From: Candidatus Poribacteria bacterium | GTDB lineage: Bacteria; Poribacteria; WGA-4E; WGA-3G | Assembly: GCA_965215265.1 (NCBI GenBank) | Contig: OZ244048.1 | Span: forward strand, 1,952,001 to 2,016,000 | Length of the DNA stretch: 64,000 bases | Direction: 5' to 3' | The notes under the pieces: generated by a model | The model's database searches: none | Seen by the model: the letters and a program-made list of their open reading frames with translations, nothing else | What the model was told of the DNA's origin: nothing | Made by a program: the position numbers and the translations under genes | Shown here: positions 41,133 to 51,237 of the stretch, in pieces | How the letters are laid out: every line of letters begins with the position of its first letter | Position numbering within the stretch: the stretch's first letter is position 1

Positions 41133-42233
41133 ATGAAAAAAATTTTCGTATGTCAAACAGGCGGGTGGATAGGCGACATGGTGCTGCTGACCCCGGCGTT
41201 GCGTGCCTTGAAAGAGGCATATCCGGCATCACACGTGACACTGTGGTTACGCCCTCGTGTGGCAGATTTGATGAAAGCGCATCCCTACATTGACGCGTGC
41301 CTTGTTGATACCAAAACCGAGGATGGCGGTGGCCAGAAATCTTCTTTTTCAATGCTGCAATTGGTGAGGCAGGTTCGCGAACAGGCGTTTGAGCTTGCCG
41401 TTGTGTTGCATCCCACTTCACTCCGGAATGCGCTAGTCCCTTTTCTCGCTCGCGTACCAGTACGCGTTGGGACTAACGTCAACTGGCGCGGTCCCTTCTT
41501 AACTGCCTCTTGTGTTGATAACACCGATGTGCATGAGGTCCACCGATACCTGCGAGTAGTCCGGTTACTCGGGATAGATACGTCTCCGATAATAGGGGCC
41601 CCCGGTCCTGTGGATATGGGTTTACAGTTTTGGCATACAGATGCGGATAAGCAATCGGTTCAACAACTCCTACAAGCAGAAGGCGTTTCCTCTCGTCAGC
41701 CGCTTATCGGTATCAATCTAGGTACAACATGGAAAACGAAGCAGTGGCCCATAGAGAATTTCGCGGTAGTTATCCAACAGATTGTACAGCTTGAGCCTCA
41801 TATAAGAATTGTTCTAACCGGTGCGTCGGCAGAACGTGAAATGGCAAAGGCATTGTATCGCGTGGTTTGTCAAGATAGCTCTCAGTCTGTTAGAAAAGCG
41901 TATTCACCTGGCACCTCGAGAATAATTGATCTTGTGGGGCAAACGACAATACTACAATTGGGTGCGCTGATTGAACGTTTCGCTGTATACGTGACGTGTG
42001 ACAGCGGCCCGATGCACATTGCGGCGGCAGTTGCTACTCCGACGGTGTCGCTGTTCGGTCCCACGTCCCCGACACGCCACAGCCCCTTCGGTAATGGGCA
42101 TACTGTTCTGGAGAAACCGCTTGCTTGCCGTCCATGCTACAAACGAGCGTGTCGTCGTCAAGATTCACCGTATATGTGCATGACAGCGATTGAACCAAAA
42201 GAAGTACTCACAGCACTTCAGACAAATAGATGA
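41133..42233 (+). CDS. GT9 lipopolysaccharide heptosyltransferase family protein
   Basis: IGDMVL, KQWP, DSGPMHIAAA, LFGPT, CRPC. Confidence 0.9.
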   Translation: MKKIFVCQTGGWIGDMVLLTPALRALKEAYPASHVTLWLRPRVADLMKAHPYIDACLVDTKTEDGGGQKSSFSMLQLVRQVREQAFELAVVLHPTSLRNALVPFLARVPVRVGTNVNWRGPFLTASCVDNTDVHEVHRYLRVVRLLGIDTSPIIGAPGPVDMGLQFWHTDADKQSVQQLLQAEGVSSRQPLIGINLGTTWKTKQWPIENFAVVIQQIVQLEPHIRIVLTGASAEREMAKALYRVVCQDSSQSVRKAYSPGTSRIIDLVGQTTILQLGALIERFAVYVTCDSGPMHIAAAVATPTVSLFGPTSPTRHSPFGNGHTVLEKPLACRPCYKRACRRQDSPYMCMTAIEPKEVLTALQTNR

Positions 42234-42326
42234 AGTAGTTGGCGAAAATGTCTTTGACGAGTTGGCCTCGATAACGTCCATGCTACATTCGCCTTATCAC
42301 TTTCTACGAGAAAATAGGGAGGAGCG

Positions 42327-43076
42327 ATGAAAAACATCCGCGCGCTGATATTTGATTTCGGTGGGACTTTAGATGGAAACGGTATCCACTGGCTGGAACG
42401 AACGTATGGATTTATCCATCAACGGCATCCTGAGATTACGCGAGCGGCGTTTGAAAAAGCGGATAAAGCCGCCGTGACAGCATTTGCGTTAGACGGCGTT
42501 TCAGCGGTTAACCCGAAGTACCAAAGCGGTTCCATGGTGCCTGTTGGGGTAGCCAAGGACGGTGCTGCTGCGCGTTGTACGTTAAGAGAGACATCGGACG
42601 CGATTTCGACGGGGATTTATCAACGACTGGAATTGAGTCAGCAATTGAAAGATGAATATGTTGAATGGTTCTGTCAAGACGTTGCTGCGAATCTTGAGAA
42701 AAATCGGCGGTGGCTGGAAGAACTCCATGGCATGTATCAGCTGGCTGTCATCAGCAATAATTTTGGAAATACACGTGGTTGGTGTGATGAATATGGCCTG
42801 TCGCCCTTACTTGATGTGATTGTCGATTCCACCGTCTTCGGTGTTGCGAAACCCGATGTTCGTATCTTTCAGTTTGCTTTGTCGGAATTAGGTATTTCAC
42901 CGGCAGAGGCGGTGTATGTGGGCGATAGTTACGGTCCGGATATGGTGGGTGGCAAGGGAGCAGGTATGTGGACAGCGTGGCTTGTTGGTAATGAGATAAA
43001 GGCGTGTCCGGACCCAAATATCGTGGATGTACGGTTGCACTATCTGCACGAATTGATGGAATATGTCAATTCGTAG
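42327..43076 (+). CDS. HAD-family hydrolase
   Basis: FDFGGTLD, ISN, KPDVRIF, YVGDS. Confidence 0.9.
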   Translation: MKNIRALIFDFGGTLDGNGIHWLERTYGFIHQRHPEITRAAFEKADKAAVTAFALDGVSAVNPKYQSGSMVPVGVAKDGAAARCTLRETSDAISTGIYQRLELSQQLKDEYVEWFCQDVAANLEKNRRWLEELHGMYQLAVISNNFGNTRGWCDEYGLSPLLDVIVDSTVFGVAKPDVRIFQFALSELGISPAEAVYVGDSYGPDMVGGKGAGMWTAWLVGNEIKACPDPNIVDVRLHYLHELMEYVNS

Positions 43077-43214
43077 ATGTAGCTGCCCCCATTGATTTCC
43101 GTTTATGTTTTTGTGTTAAGGTAAAGTGGGGCACGGGCGAATCTGTGTACGCCTTCGCACCCCACTGTAAGGCGGATCTGCGGATCCGCTTGTAATACGG
43201 GTTACGCGAGAAAA

Positions 43215-43808
43215 TCACATTTCACGATGGAGCCCGACGACTTTGCCGATTATTTGGATATCACTTATATTAACGATGCTCGGTTCATGTGAAGGATTCT
43301 CGGGTACCAGCCGGATTTGTTCGCCGTCGACGAAGAAACGTTTAACGGTTGCTTCATCTTCAATCAGTGCGACGATAATATCCCCCGGGTCTGCGTCAGC
43401 CTGTTTTTTGACGATAACAAAGTCGCCCTCGAGAATGCCCACGCCGATCATGCTGTTACCGATAATGCGGAGAGCGAAGCAATCCTTGTTATTTACCATG
43501 TCTGCTGGAACAGGAAGGGTGCCTTCAAGATTTTCGGAGGCGAGGAGGGGCGTGCCAGCCGCGACGCGCCCAACGATCGGAACCTCTTTAATAGCCCGTC
43601 CCGGCACCGTAATTGCACGCGGTTTACCGGGTGCACGCTTAATATACTTTTTCTTCTCTAGCGCACTGAGATGGTCATGCGCCGCTTTCTCTGAAAAATT
43701 GAACTCGGCACCAATTTCGCGTACCGTCGGCGGGTAGCCATCTTCATTGATGCGGCTCTTAATGTAGCTAAGAACCTGATCTTGCCGTGCTGTCAATTTT
43801 TTTGACAT
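43215..43808 (-). CDS. lexA: SOS repressor LexA
   Basis: GYPPTVREI, VAAG cleavage site, GNSM, ATVKRF. Confidence 0.95.
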   Translation of the reverse strand: MSKKLTARQDQVLSYIKSRINEDGYPPTVREIGAEFNFSEKAAHDHLSALEKKKYIKRAPGKPRAITVPGRAIKEVPIVGRVAAGTPLLASENLEGTLPVPADMVNNKDCFALRIIGNSMIGVGILEGDFVIVKKQADADPGDIIVALIEDEATVKRFFVDGEQIRLVPENPSHEPSIVNISDIQIIGKVVGLHREM

Positions 43809-43840
43809 GATGGAATCTCCTTTCGTAAAAATTAAATGAT

Positions 43841-43866
43841 ACTTATATATTATGCTATATGTAGGT
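43841..43866. promoter_or_regulatory. imperfect palindrome over the lexA -10 box (candidate operator)
   Basis: ACTTATATAT-N6-ATATGTAGGT (8/10 symmetric) within a minus-strand TTGCAT-N17-CATAAT promoter. Confidence 0.5.
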
Positions 43867-43957
43867 TAAGAATGCAAGGAAAAAACAACTTTTTTTGCAG
43901 CAGGATTGCAACCACATCCTCTTTTTAACGTCTTAATTGAATACGGAGAATTTGAAA

Positions 43958-44593
43958 ATGCCTAAACTGTTAACTTTTGTTCGTAATATAATCCTAATCG
44001 GGGTGTTAATTGTCGTATCTACAGTCAACGTAACCAGCAAAGATGAAACGGATACGGTGAAACTTGATGCCGTTATAGAGGATTTTAAACTCAAGGATGC
44101 AGCGGGCACTCCGTACTCTTTGGAGCAATTGAGCGAGGAGAAAACGGCTATCGTTGTGCTATTTCTCGCGACACAATGCCCAATAGCAACGGACTACGCT
44201 GAGCGCATCGTCTATTTGGTTAACACATACAGCGAAAAGCAGGTACAATTTATCGGCATCAATTCAAACAAGCAAGAGACGGTTGAGGAGATTGCTAAGT
44301 ACAGTGAAGAACACGGTTTTAAATTTCCGGTGCTAAAGGACCCAAAAAATAAAATCGCAGACTATTTCGGCGCACGAAGAACACCGGAAGCATTTCTACT
44401 TGATAGCGAACGCATCCTCCGCTACAGAGGGGCTATTGACGATAAGCGGGCGCAGCCAACTAAACACTATCTCCAAACCGCCTTGGACTTTGTAGTTAAA
44501 GGACAGAATATCCCGAAAGAACTGAAAAAGACCCGAGCAATTGGATGTACGATTAAACGAGTTCGGAAAGCAAAGGTAACTCGGACACCCTAA
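43958..44593 (+). CDS. exported AhpC/TSA-redoxin family protein
   Basis: signal peptide, ATQCP, GINSN, FGARRTPEAF, YRGAIDD, AIGCTIK. Confidence 0.85.
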   Translation: MPKLLTFVRNIILIGVLIVVSTVNVTSKDETDTVKLDAVIEDFKLKDAAGTPYSLEQLSEEKTAIVVLFLATQCPIATDYAERIVYLVNTYSEKQVQFIGINSNKQETVEEIAKYSEEHGFKFPVLKDPKNKIADYFGARRTPEAFLLDSERILRYRGAIDDKRAQPTKHYLQTALDFVVKGQNIPKELKKTRAIGCTIKRVRKAKVTRTP

Positions 44594-44762
44594 ATTGGAC
44601 GGCGTTCTACGTAGGAGATTACACTCTCGTCTTACCAAGATGCCCAGAGTGTCTTTGAGGAAATGGGTATGCGAGGTTTCGCACTAGCGGGATCCCAGCC
44701 GTACATTCTATCTTAATTCGCTACCCTTAGCGCTTAAGTCGATAAAAAAATTGGAGTCTAAA

Positions 44763-47234
44763 ATGCGTCAATTTTTACATGCCTTTTTCCAAGGTGTGCT
44801 TGCACTGATTTTTGGAATATGCATCCTCGGGTTTATGTCTGTTTTTGTAGGTATTGGGTTTGCCGGCGGCTTTATGCTCGCGTGCTGGGAGGATGTGCGT
44901 AATATTGAATTCGATCAGTTAGAGTACGTCGATGTACAAATATGGCAGCAACACTTAGAGGTCTATTCTTCAGTTTGCAAGGTACAAGAGAGCGATAACA
45001 TTGATTTTTTGCTAGAGAAATTGGAGCGGCTGGACTATGAAAAGGTTGAACAGGTAATTCCGAAAATAACCGGGCCAGGGACATATTCTCAGGAATTAGA
45101 CGAAGAAAAAGAAAACGGCACGGTTCGCATCCATCTGCGGGAGTTTAAATATCCATATCTCAGCGTAGAAGCAGGACACGTGCGGATTTCCGTAAAATCC
45201 GGGAAAATTGCATCTATATACAACATGAAAGATGCCAGAAGACAGAGTTTTTACCTGGAACCGGAATTGATAGACGAAGTCACTGACAAAGATACAGGCG
45301 CGACGCGACGCCTGATCCCGCTGATAGAGATGCCCGACAAGCTGATTGGTGCGTTTATTGCCATTGAAGATAGGCGATTTTACAATCATTGGGGTATTGA
45401 CATCATCCGCCTCACGGGCGCTATCGGCAGAACGTTATTGCAAGGCAGACGCTTGAGCGGGACGAGTACGTTCACACAACAGTTAGCACGAAATATCTAC
45501 CTCGGGCGTGAAAGAGAGTACGTCCGTAAAATGAGAGAAATGCTCCTTGCTGTTAAAATCGAGAAATCTTTTTCCAAAGATGAGATTTTTGAACGGTATC
45601 TCAACTACGTCGACTTAGGGACGCATCGCGGGAAAACGGCGCACGGTGTTCAACAAGCCGCAATGGCATATTTTGGAAAAGAGGTCTCGGAACTCGAATT
45701 CCATGAATGTGCAGTATTGGCGGCACTACCCAAGGGACCCAGTGATTATTCTCCAATTTACAATCCAGAGGCATCAAAACAGCGGCGCAATCTCGTCTTG
45801 GATAGCATGTTAAAGGAGGGATTTATTACCGATGCTGAATATCTCACCAGCATCAATGCCCCCTTGATAGAAAAAAAAGTGCGCAGAAGCGGTACCAGAA
45901 AAGTATGGAAGGAAGCTGGACATTTTCTTGATTACGTGAGAGAAGAACTCGATAAGCTGCCGGAACTGAAAGCTCAGCTGTATAGCGGCGGATTAAAAGT
46001 TTACACCACTATAGATATGTCAATGCAAACGGTTGCCGAAACCGCTGTGACAGATCATCTGCGATATATGGATGTAAATTATAGGAGTGGTTTACCGGAT
46101 TACGATATAAATAAAAGAGACCTCCAAGGTATTGACCCGATTAACAGTTATTTGCAAGCTGCGTTGATTGCATTTGAACCGAAGACGGGACACATTAAAG
46201 CGATGGTAGGAGGACGGGATTACAACATCACGGAATCCAAGATTAATTTCTACAACCGTGCTGTTGTTGACGATCCTAGAGCCAGGCGGCAACCCGGTTC
46301 CGCGTTTAAACCGATTGTTTTCGCTGCACTCCTAGAGAGACCGGAACCGATTTTAACCCCTTCAACGCCGATTATGGATGAAAGATGGGGAATTGTCCCT
46401 GCCCCCGGGCAGCCAAAGTGGTATCCCCGCAACTATAGTAGATTTAGAGGAACAGCTGTTAACGTACGAGATATCCTTGTCAGTTCTATTAACGTGCCAA
46501 CGGCAAGGGCGGTACTGGAGACATCCATAGCGGAAAATGGGCTATGGGCCGGGATAAATCGAATCGTGGATATGACAAAACGGATGGGGATTAAGAGTTA
46601 CATGGATCCAAAGCCAGCTCTTACGCTCGGGGCATCAGGGATGACTGTCCTTGAGTTAACATCGGCGTATGGTATCTTCGCGAACGGCGGCATTAAAACA
46701 AAACCAGTTCATATTCAGTATGTGTTAAACTCAGATGGACAGATTATTTATCCCCCGAAGGACTACCAACCCGATCGGACTCGCGTCTTAGATGAAGGCG
46801 TAGCTTATCAAATAACGTCGTTTTTGCAGAGTGTAATGACGGATGGAACTGGTAGACGCGCCGGACGGATGGGACTGACGCGGCCGGCGGCAGGCAAAAC
46901 CGGCACGACGAATAACTACGTCGATGCCTGGTTTGTCGGTTATACTACAGACCTTGTTGTCGGCGTGTGGGTTGGATTTGATGAAAAACGTCGAAATCGC
47001 CGCAACTATAATCAGCAGGGCGCGTGGGCAGCACTACCTATCTGGGCGACCTTTATGATTGAGGCATCAAGGGGCCCCGAAAGAGAATTCCCGGTGCCGG
47101 ATAGTATTGTTTTCCGAGAAATTGATAAAAAAACAGGCGGTTTGAAGCGGCCCAAATGCCCATCGAAAAACATCAGCAACGAACCGTTCATCAAGGGACA
47201 GGAACCTGAGCATCTCTGTCCGCTGCACCGTTAA
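44763..47234 (+). CDS. class A penicillin-binding protein (transglycosylase/transpeptidase, PBP1B-like)
   Basis: EDRRFYNHWG, STFTQQL, RQPGSAFKP, SIN, GKTGTT. Confidence 0.9.
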   Translation: MRQFLHAFFQGVLALIFGICILGFMSVFVGIGFAGGFMLACWEDVRNIEFDQLEYVDVQIWQQHLEVYSSVCKVQESDNIDFLLEKLERLDYEKVEQVIPKITGPGTYSQELDEEKENGTVRIHLREFKYPYLSVEAGHVRISVKSGKIASIYNMKDARRQSFYLEPELIDEVTDKDTGATRRLIPLIEMPDKLIGAFIAIEDRRFYNHWGIDIIRLTGAIGRTLLQGRRLSGTSTFTQQLARNIYLGREREYVRKMREMLLAVKIEKSFSKDEIFERYLNYVDLGTHRGKTAHGVQQAAMAYFGKEVSELEFHECAVLAALPKGPSDYSPIYNPEASKQRRNLVLDSMLKEGFITDAEYLTSINAPLIEKKVRRSGTRKVWKEAGHFLDYVREELDKLPELKAQLYSGGLKVYTTIDMSMQTVAETAVTDHLRYMDVNYRSGLPDYDINKRDLQGIDPINSYLQAALIAFEPKTGHIKAMVGGRDYNITESKINFYNRAVVDDPRARRQPGSAFKPIVFAALLERPEPILTPSTPIMDERWGIVPAPGQPKWYPRNYSRFRGTAVNVRDILVSSINVPTARAVLETSIAENGLWAGINRIVDMTKRMGIKSYMDPKPALTLGASGMTVLELTSAYGIFANGGIKTKPVHIQYVLNSDGQIIYPPKDYQPDRTRVLDEGVAYQITSFLQSVMTDGTGRRAGRMGLTRPAAGKTGTTNNYVDAWFVGYTTDLVVGVWVGFDEKRRNRRNYNQQGAWAALPIWATFMIEASRGPEREFPVPDSIVFREIDKKTGGLKRPKCPSKNISNEPFIKGQEPEHLCPLHR

Positions 47235-47446
47235 TTACCGTAATCGGAATCTAACAACTTTTTTTATATCGCGGTTGCGTGGATGGCATCTCCGTATCAA
47301 CAGACGGAACCTTCTCTGAATCTACGCCCTTCTCAGCAAATCCGAGATTTGCCAGGGGACATTTTCTCAATTTTAAAACCGGACTTACCTTATACTAAAT
47401 GCAGCGTTTCTAACCGGTTTCCATATTAAACAGATTAGATACCCAG

Positions 47447-48166
47447 ATGCACATTAAAGCACTTAATTATCCTTTAACGCATATTCCTGCTGGTGAATTC
47501 ACAATGGGAACTATCCCAACACAATTTCGCAAGACAGATCCGGAGGAACCGCAGCGAACTGTTACGCTTGATGCTTATGCCATCGGTACCTATCACGTAA
47601 CGAATACGCAGTACGCAGCATTTGTTGACGACACCGGCTGCGCCGCCCCACAGTTTTGGCAAGATGAACGTTTTAACGCCGCAGATGTGCCTGTCGTTGG
47701 GGTCAGTTGGTATGATGCAATGAATTTTTTAGAATGGCTGCGTATACAGACAGGGGAGTCCTATCGTTTACCGACAGAAGCAGAATGGGAAAAAGCGGCG
47801 CGCGGAACGGACGGACGCGAATATCCATGGGGGAACGCTTGGGAACTCGGTAAGGCAAACACCTCAGAAGCACAGTTCAAACGCTTAGTACCGGTTGGCA
47901 ATTATCCAGAGGGCGTTAGCCCATACGGTTGCTACGATATGGCAGGAAATGCCTATTGTTGGTGTAACGACTGGTTTCATCCGGAAACCTACCGTTATTC
48001 TCCAATAGATAATCCACAAGGTCCCATTGAAGGGCGGCGTAAGGTTATCCGAGGCGGTTCTTGGGTGGCGCGTGGTGAATTTGCCGCCCGCTGTGCTAAC
48101 CGCGCCGCTTATGAACCCATCCGAACTGTTCACAACGTTAGCTTCCGCATCGCACTTGACGTATGA
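47447..48166 (+). CDS. formylglycine-generating enzyme (SUMF1/FGE-sulfatase) domain protein
   Basis: PVVGVSWYDA, RLPTEAEWEKAARG, YDMAGN, RGGSW. Confidence 0.9.
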   Translation: MHIKALNYPLTHIPAGEFTMGTIPTQFRKTDPEEPQRTVTLDAYAIGTYHVTNTQYAAFVDDTGCAAPQFWQDERFNAADVPVVGVSWYDAMNFLEWLRIQTGESYRLPTEAEWEKAARGTDGREYPWGNAWELGKANTSEAQFKRLVPVGNYPEGVSPYGCYDMAGNAYCWCNDWFHPETYRYSPIDNPQGPIEGRRKVIRGGSWVARGEFAARCANRAAYEPIRTVHNVSFRIALDV

Positions 48167-49299
48167 GACAAAAAGATTATCCTCACTTCCAGAGTTCGCT
48201 ATTGGATTGGTTTAAAACTTACCAGCGCGCAATGCCGTGGCGTAACACGCGAGATGCTTATCGCATCTGGGTTTCTGAAGTAATGCTTCAACAGACACAG
48301 GTCAAAAAAGTTTTAGAATACTATTCCAAATTCATTGACCGGTTTCCGGCAGTCCACCAGTTGGCAGCAGCAGAACTACAAGATGTACTAAAAACGTGGG
48401 AGGGATTGGGGTATTATGCGAGAGCGCGTAACCTTCACAAAGCAGCACAAATTATTGTCAAAGAGCTCGATGGACAAATACCGCACAACTATGACATCTT
48501 TCGAAAATTGCCGGGGGTTGGGGCTTACAGTGCTGCGGCAGTGCAAAGCATCGCCTTTAATGCGCCTTATGCAGCTGTAGACGGCAACGTCAAACGGGTC
48601 TTGGCCCGTCTGTTTCTTATAGAAATACCTATTAATGATTCTGTGTCTACGAAGCAATTTCAACAGCAAGCAGATAAGCTTCTAGACCGGGGGAACCCTG
48701 GAATCTTCAACCAAGCGATGATGGAATTGGGCGCAACCATCTGCCGTCCACAATCTCCTACCTGTATCGTATGCCCGGTGCATACCTTCTGTAAAGCCTT
48801 CCAGACCGCACGGCAAAATGAAGTGCCAGTGCGGCGGAAGGCAAAGCCGATTCCGGAATATCCTATCGCCGTCGGCGTTATTCAGAAAATCCGTCCAGAA
48901 ATCATACCATCTCAGGGCTTCGTGGCAGAGTCGGGCTCCGAGGTATCTCCGCCCGCCTCAGAAATTTTGATAACCCAGCGACCCCTGGACGGGTTGCTCG
49001 GTGGACTCTGGGAGTTTCCGGGGGGTCGGATTGCGGAAGGTGAGACACCCGAAGAAGCCTGCATCCGCCACATTGCCGAAGCTGTCAATCTGTCTGTCAC
49101 TAATCTGCGATACCTCACTCAAGTCAAACATGCTTACACCCATTTTAAGATTGTGGTTGATGTATTCCAATGCGATTATCAAGCGGGTGAGCTCGCGTTG
49201 AATGGTCCGATAGATGCCAAATGGATTCCGGTTGAGGAAATTGCCCAATACCCGTTTCCACGTGCCAATCATAAGTTTATTCCGCTTTTAGTTCGCTGA
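48163..49299 (+). CDS. mutY: A/G-specific adenine glycosylase
   Basis: WVSEVMLQQT, GLGYYARARN, LPGVG, VDGNV, CRPQSPTCIVCP, NUDIX-like C-terminus. Confidence 0.95.
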   Translation: MRQKDYPHFQSSLLDWFKTYQRAMPWRNTRDAYRIWVSEVMLQQTQVKKVLEYYSKFIDRFPAVHQLAAAELQDVLKTWEGLGYYARARNLHKAAQIIVKELDGQIPHNYDIFRKLPGVGAYSAAAVQSIAFNAPYAAVDGNVKRVLARLFLIEIPINDSVSTKQFQQQADKLLDRGNPGIFNQAMMELGATICRPQSPTCIVCPVHTFCKAFQTARQNEVPVRRKAKPIPEYPIAVGVIQKIRPEIIPSQGFVAESGSEVSPPASEILITQRPLDGLLGGLWEFPGGRIAEGETPEEACIRHIAEAVNLSVTNLRYLTQVKHAYTHFKIVVDVFQCDYQAGELALNGPIDAKWIPVEEIAQYPFPRANHKFIPLLVR

Positions 49300-49399
49300 A
49301 CTGGAACCCAGGCAAGGAGTTTTGTCACTTCCTACGCCGAAGAACCGATGAAACAAATTCCAGCACGATACGGCCCCCTTCCTATTTTTCGCAGATCGA

Positions 49400-49419
49400 G
49401 AAAGCAGGCTACGCCTGCT
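49400..49419 (-). terminator. probable terminator
   Basis: AGCAGGC-GTA-GCCTGCT followed by TTCT on the minus strand. Confidence 0.45.
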
Positions 49420-49474
49420 AAAACTATCTCCGCGGACAGCATCCAGACACGGCTAAAGCAAGTTGCCGCAAGAA

Positions 49475-50296
49475 CTACTTGTTTTGTATAAGCGGTTTAT
49501 ATGAACGTGCGATGGCACGTTTGACCTCTTCACGCATTGAAAGATCCTTTTCGCTTTCCTGCAGCAGAAACTGTTCAAGCTCCGCAGTGCGATTCGGGCT
49601 GACCGCTCTCAGGGTCCGGAACCCTTCCTCCGGACGTTTTCCCTCAAAGAACGGAATGACATCTGCGAAACGTTCATCTTTCGGGGTATCTACAAACGGC
49701 ATGATTTTATCAATCTCGTAAGAGCGAGCGGCATAGAGTTGGGTAAGAGTTCTTTGCGTTGTTGGATTCGGAAACAACTTGTTGCTCGCTTCCGCACGCT
49801 CAATTTTTTCCTGAAGCGTTGTAGGAGCGCCTGTCAACGCTTTTAACCGGCCATCTACATAAATGTGAACTTCCGGAATATCCCCAAACTGCTTTATTAA
49901 TTTCTGCCGAACGATTTCGTTCATCGCCGGGTCGCGCGGATCGAAGAACTCTCCCTCTGAATCAGTTTGTATTTTCTCCACTTCATCCATTGGGGTATCC
50001 TGTGTCCACGGATTATCAGTATGTGTGCGGTCATCGATACCTTGTGCAGCGTCGTTCGACCAAGCAGGTGCTGCGACGTTTTCGGATTGTGAATCAGAAT
50101 CAGTTGTGTGGGTTACAGAGTTGTGTTGAGGCAAACTTTCAACACTCGGTGTAGCAGTTGGAAGTTGTTTTGTCGTTTCCGTTTGTGGGGTTTTTTGAAG
50201 ATTTTCAGAAAACCGTTTCGTATCCAGATACAAGTATAGACTTCCAATACCGCTAAGAAGGACAATGCCGATACAAATCAGGTAAAAAAGGCGCAT
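49475..50296 (-). CDS. hypothetical membrane-anchored protein with a low-complexity T/Q/S linker
   Basis: GAGGA SD before ATG 50296; N-terminal TM helix. Confidence 0.75.
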   Translation of the reverse strand: MRLFYLICIGIVLLSGIGSLYLYLDTKRFSENLQKTPQTETTKQLPTATPSVESLPQHNSVTHTTDSDSQSENVAAPAWSNDAAQGIDDRTHTDNPWTQDTPMDEVEKIQTDSEGEFFDPRDPAMNEIVRQKLIKQFGDIPEVHIYVDGRLKALTGAPTTLQEKIERAEASNKLFPNPTTQRTLTQLYAARSYEIDKIMPFVDTPKDERFADVIPFFEGKRPEEGFRTLRAVSPNRTAELEQFLLQESEKDLSMREEVKRAIARSYKPLIQNK

Positions 50297-50850
50297 TTGT
50301 TTATCCTCTCTGTTAGTGTGGCACACCGCCGTGCGGGGCTAGATTGGTGGTAAGGATCGAAGGTGTAAGCAGAGGGATAGACAAAGTCCATGCCTTGGCT
50401 TTGCTTGTCCTAGCTAAGGTTATTCTAAAAACTACATTCAGAAAACGTGACTTGACTCGCCTATTGAAGTGACTCTTTGTAGCCTCTGAAGAAACGGAGT
50501 ACGTTCGGACGCGGGTTTCCCTGTGTCATACGAGAAACTGCACCGAAAACAGTCTGAAATAGACTTAACGCATGATAATCGAAGGGTGGGGGTGAACTGA
50601 GGCTTGAGAACATAGGTGCAGACGGCAGTCTCTCAAGAAGGACTAGGTTTCCAATAACGCTCGCAGCAGATGCCCAGGAAACTACTATCTGGCTTGATGA
50701 TGCACGACGAATCAAAATGTTGACATGACGACATCTATTCATTGTTCTCATGACCTCTTACCAGACTCGCTAGGGAAAAGTCAAGGGCAACGTGAGACAT
50801 ATTTGCCATTGAAATCTGAAAATCGCCCTTTTGAAATCAAATTCTTTATA

Positions 50851-50879
50851 ATTGTACACCGTAAATCAGTTTTTGTCAA
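50851..50879 (-). promoter_or_regulatory. sigma70 promoter
   Basis: TTGACA-N17-TACAAT. Confidence 0.7.
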
Positions 50880-50970
50880 ATTAAAAAGGCAAAAAAAGCC
50901 TAATTTTTTGGGAAAATGCTTATTTTTCAACATTTTCTTGGAAAAAAATCAACTTTTGCTCATTTTTTTT
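50872..50970. repeat. dispersed A/T-tract element, copy 3
   Basis: TTGTCAAATT...ATTTTTCAACATTTTCT..AAAAAAATCAACTTTTGCTCATTTTTT. Confidence 0.6.
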
Positions 50971-51066
50971 CTGTAATAGAATCAGGGCGTAGTTTTTCGA
51001 AAGGAGCACGAGCCCGAAGGCGATACTTGAAAGACGAGATAACGGTGGCACTGCCGATTTTGACTC

Positions 51067-51225
51067 TCAAGGCGACCTGTGTCTGCTGACAGCGGCGTGG
51101 CACGCTGGCACATGATTTTCATACCGTATCAGTTTTTCTGAGTCACGTTGTGTCTCTTGAAGGGTTTCCAACTATCGGCTGAAAGTGTCAAGTGTGTTGC
51201 GTTGATACTGCTTTAATTCCATCAT
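51067..51225 (-). pseudogene. type III Res (restriction helicase) N-terminal stub with a TAG
   Basis: MMELKQYQRNTLDTFSR*LETL directly after mod; the paralog at 54230 has TGG at this codon. Confidence 0.7.
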
Positions 51226-51237
51226 ATCGTTGCCTCT

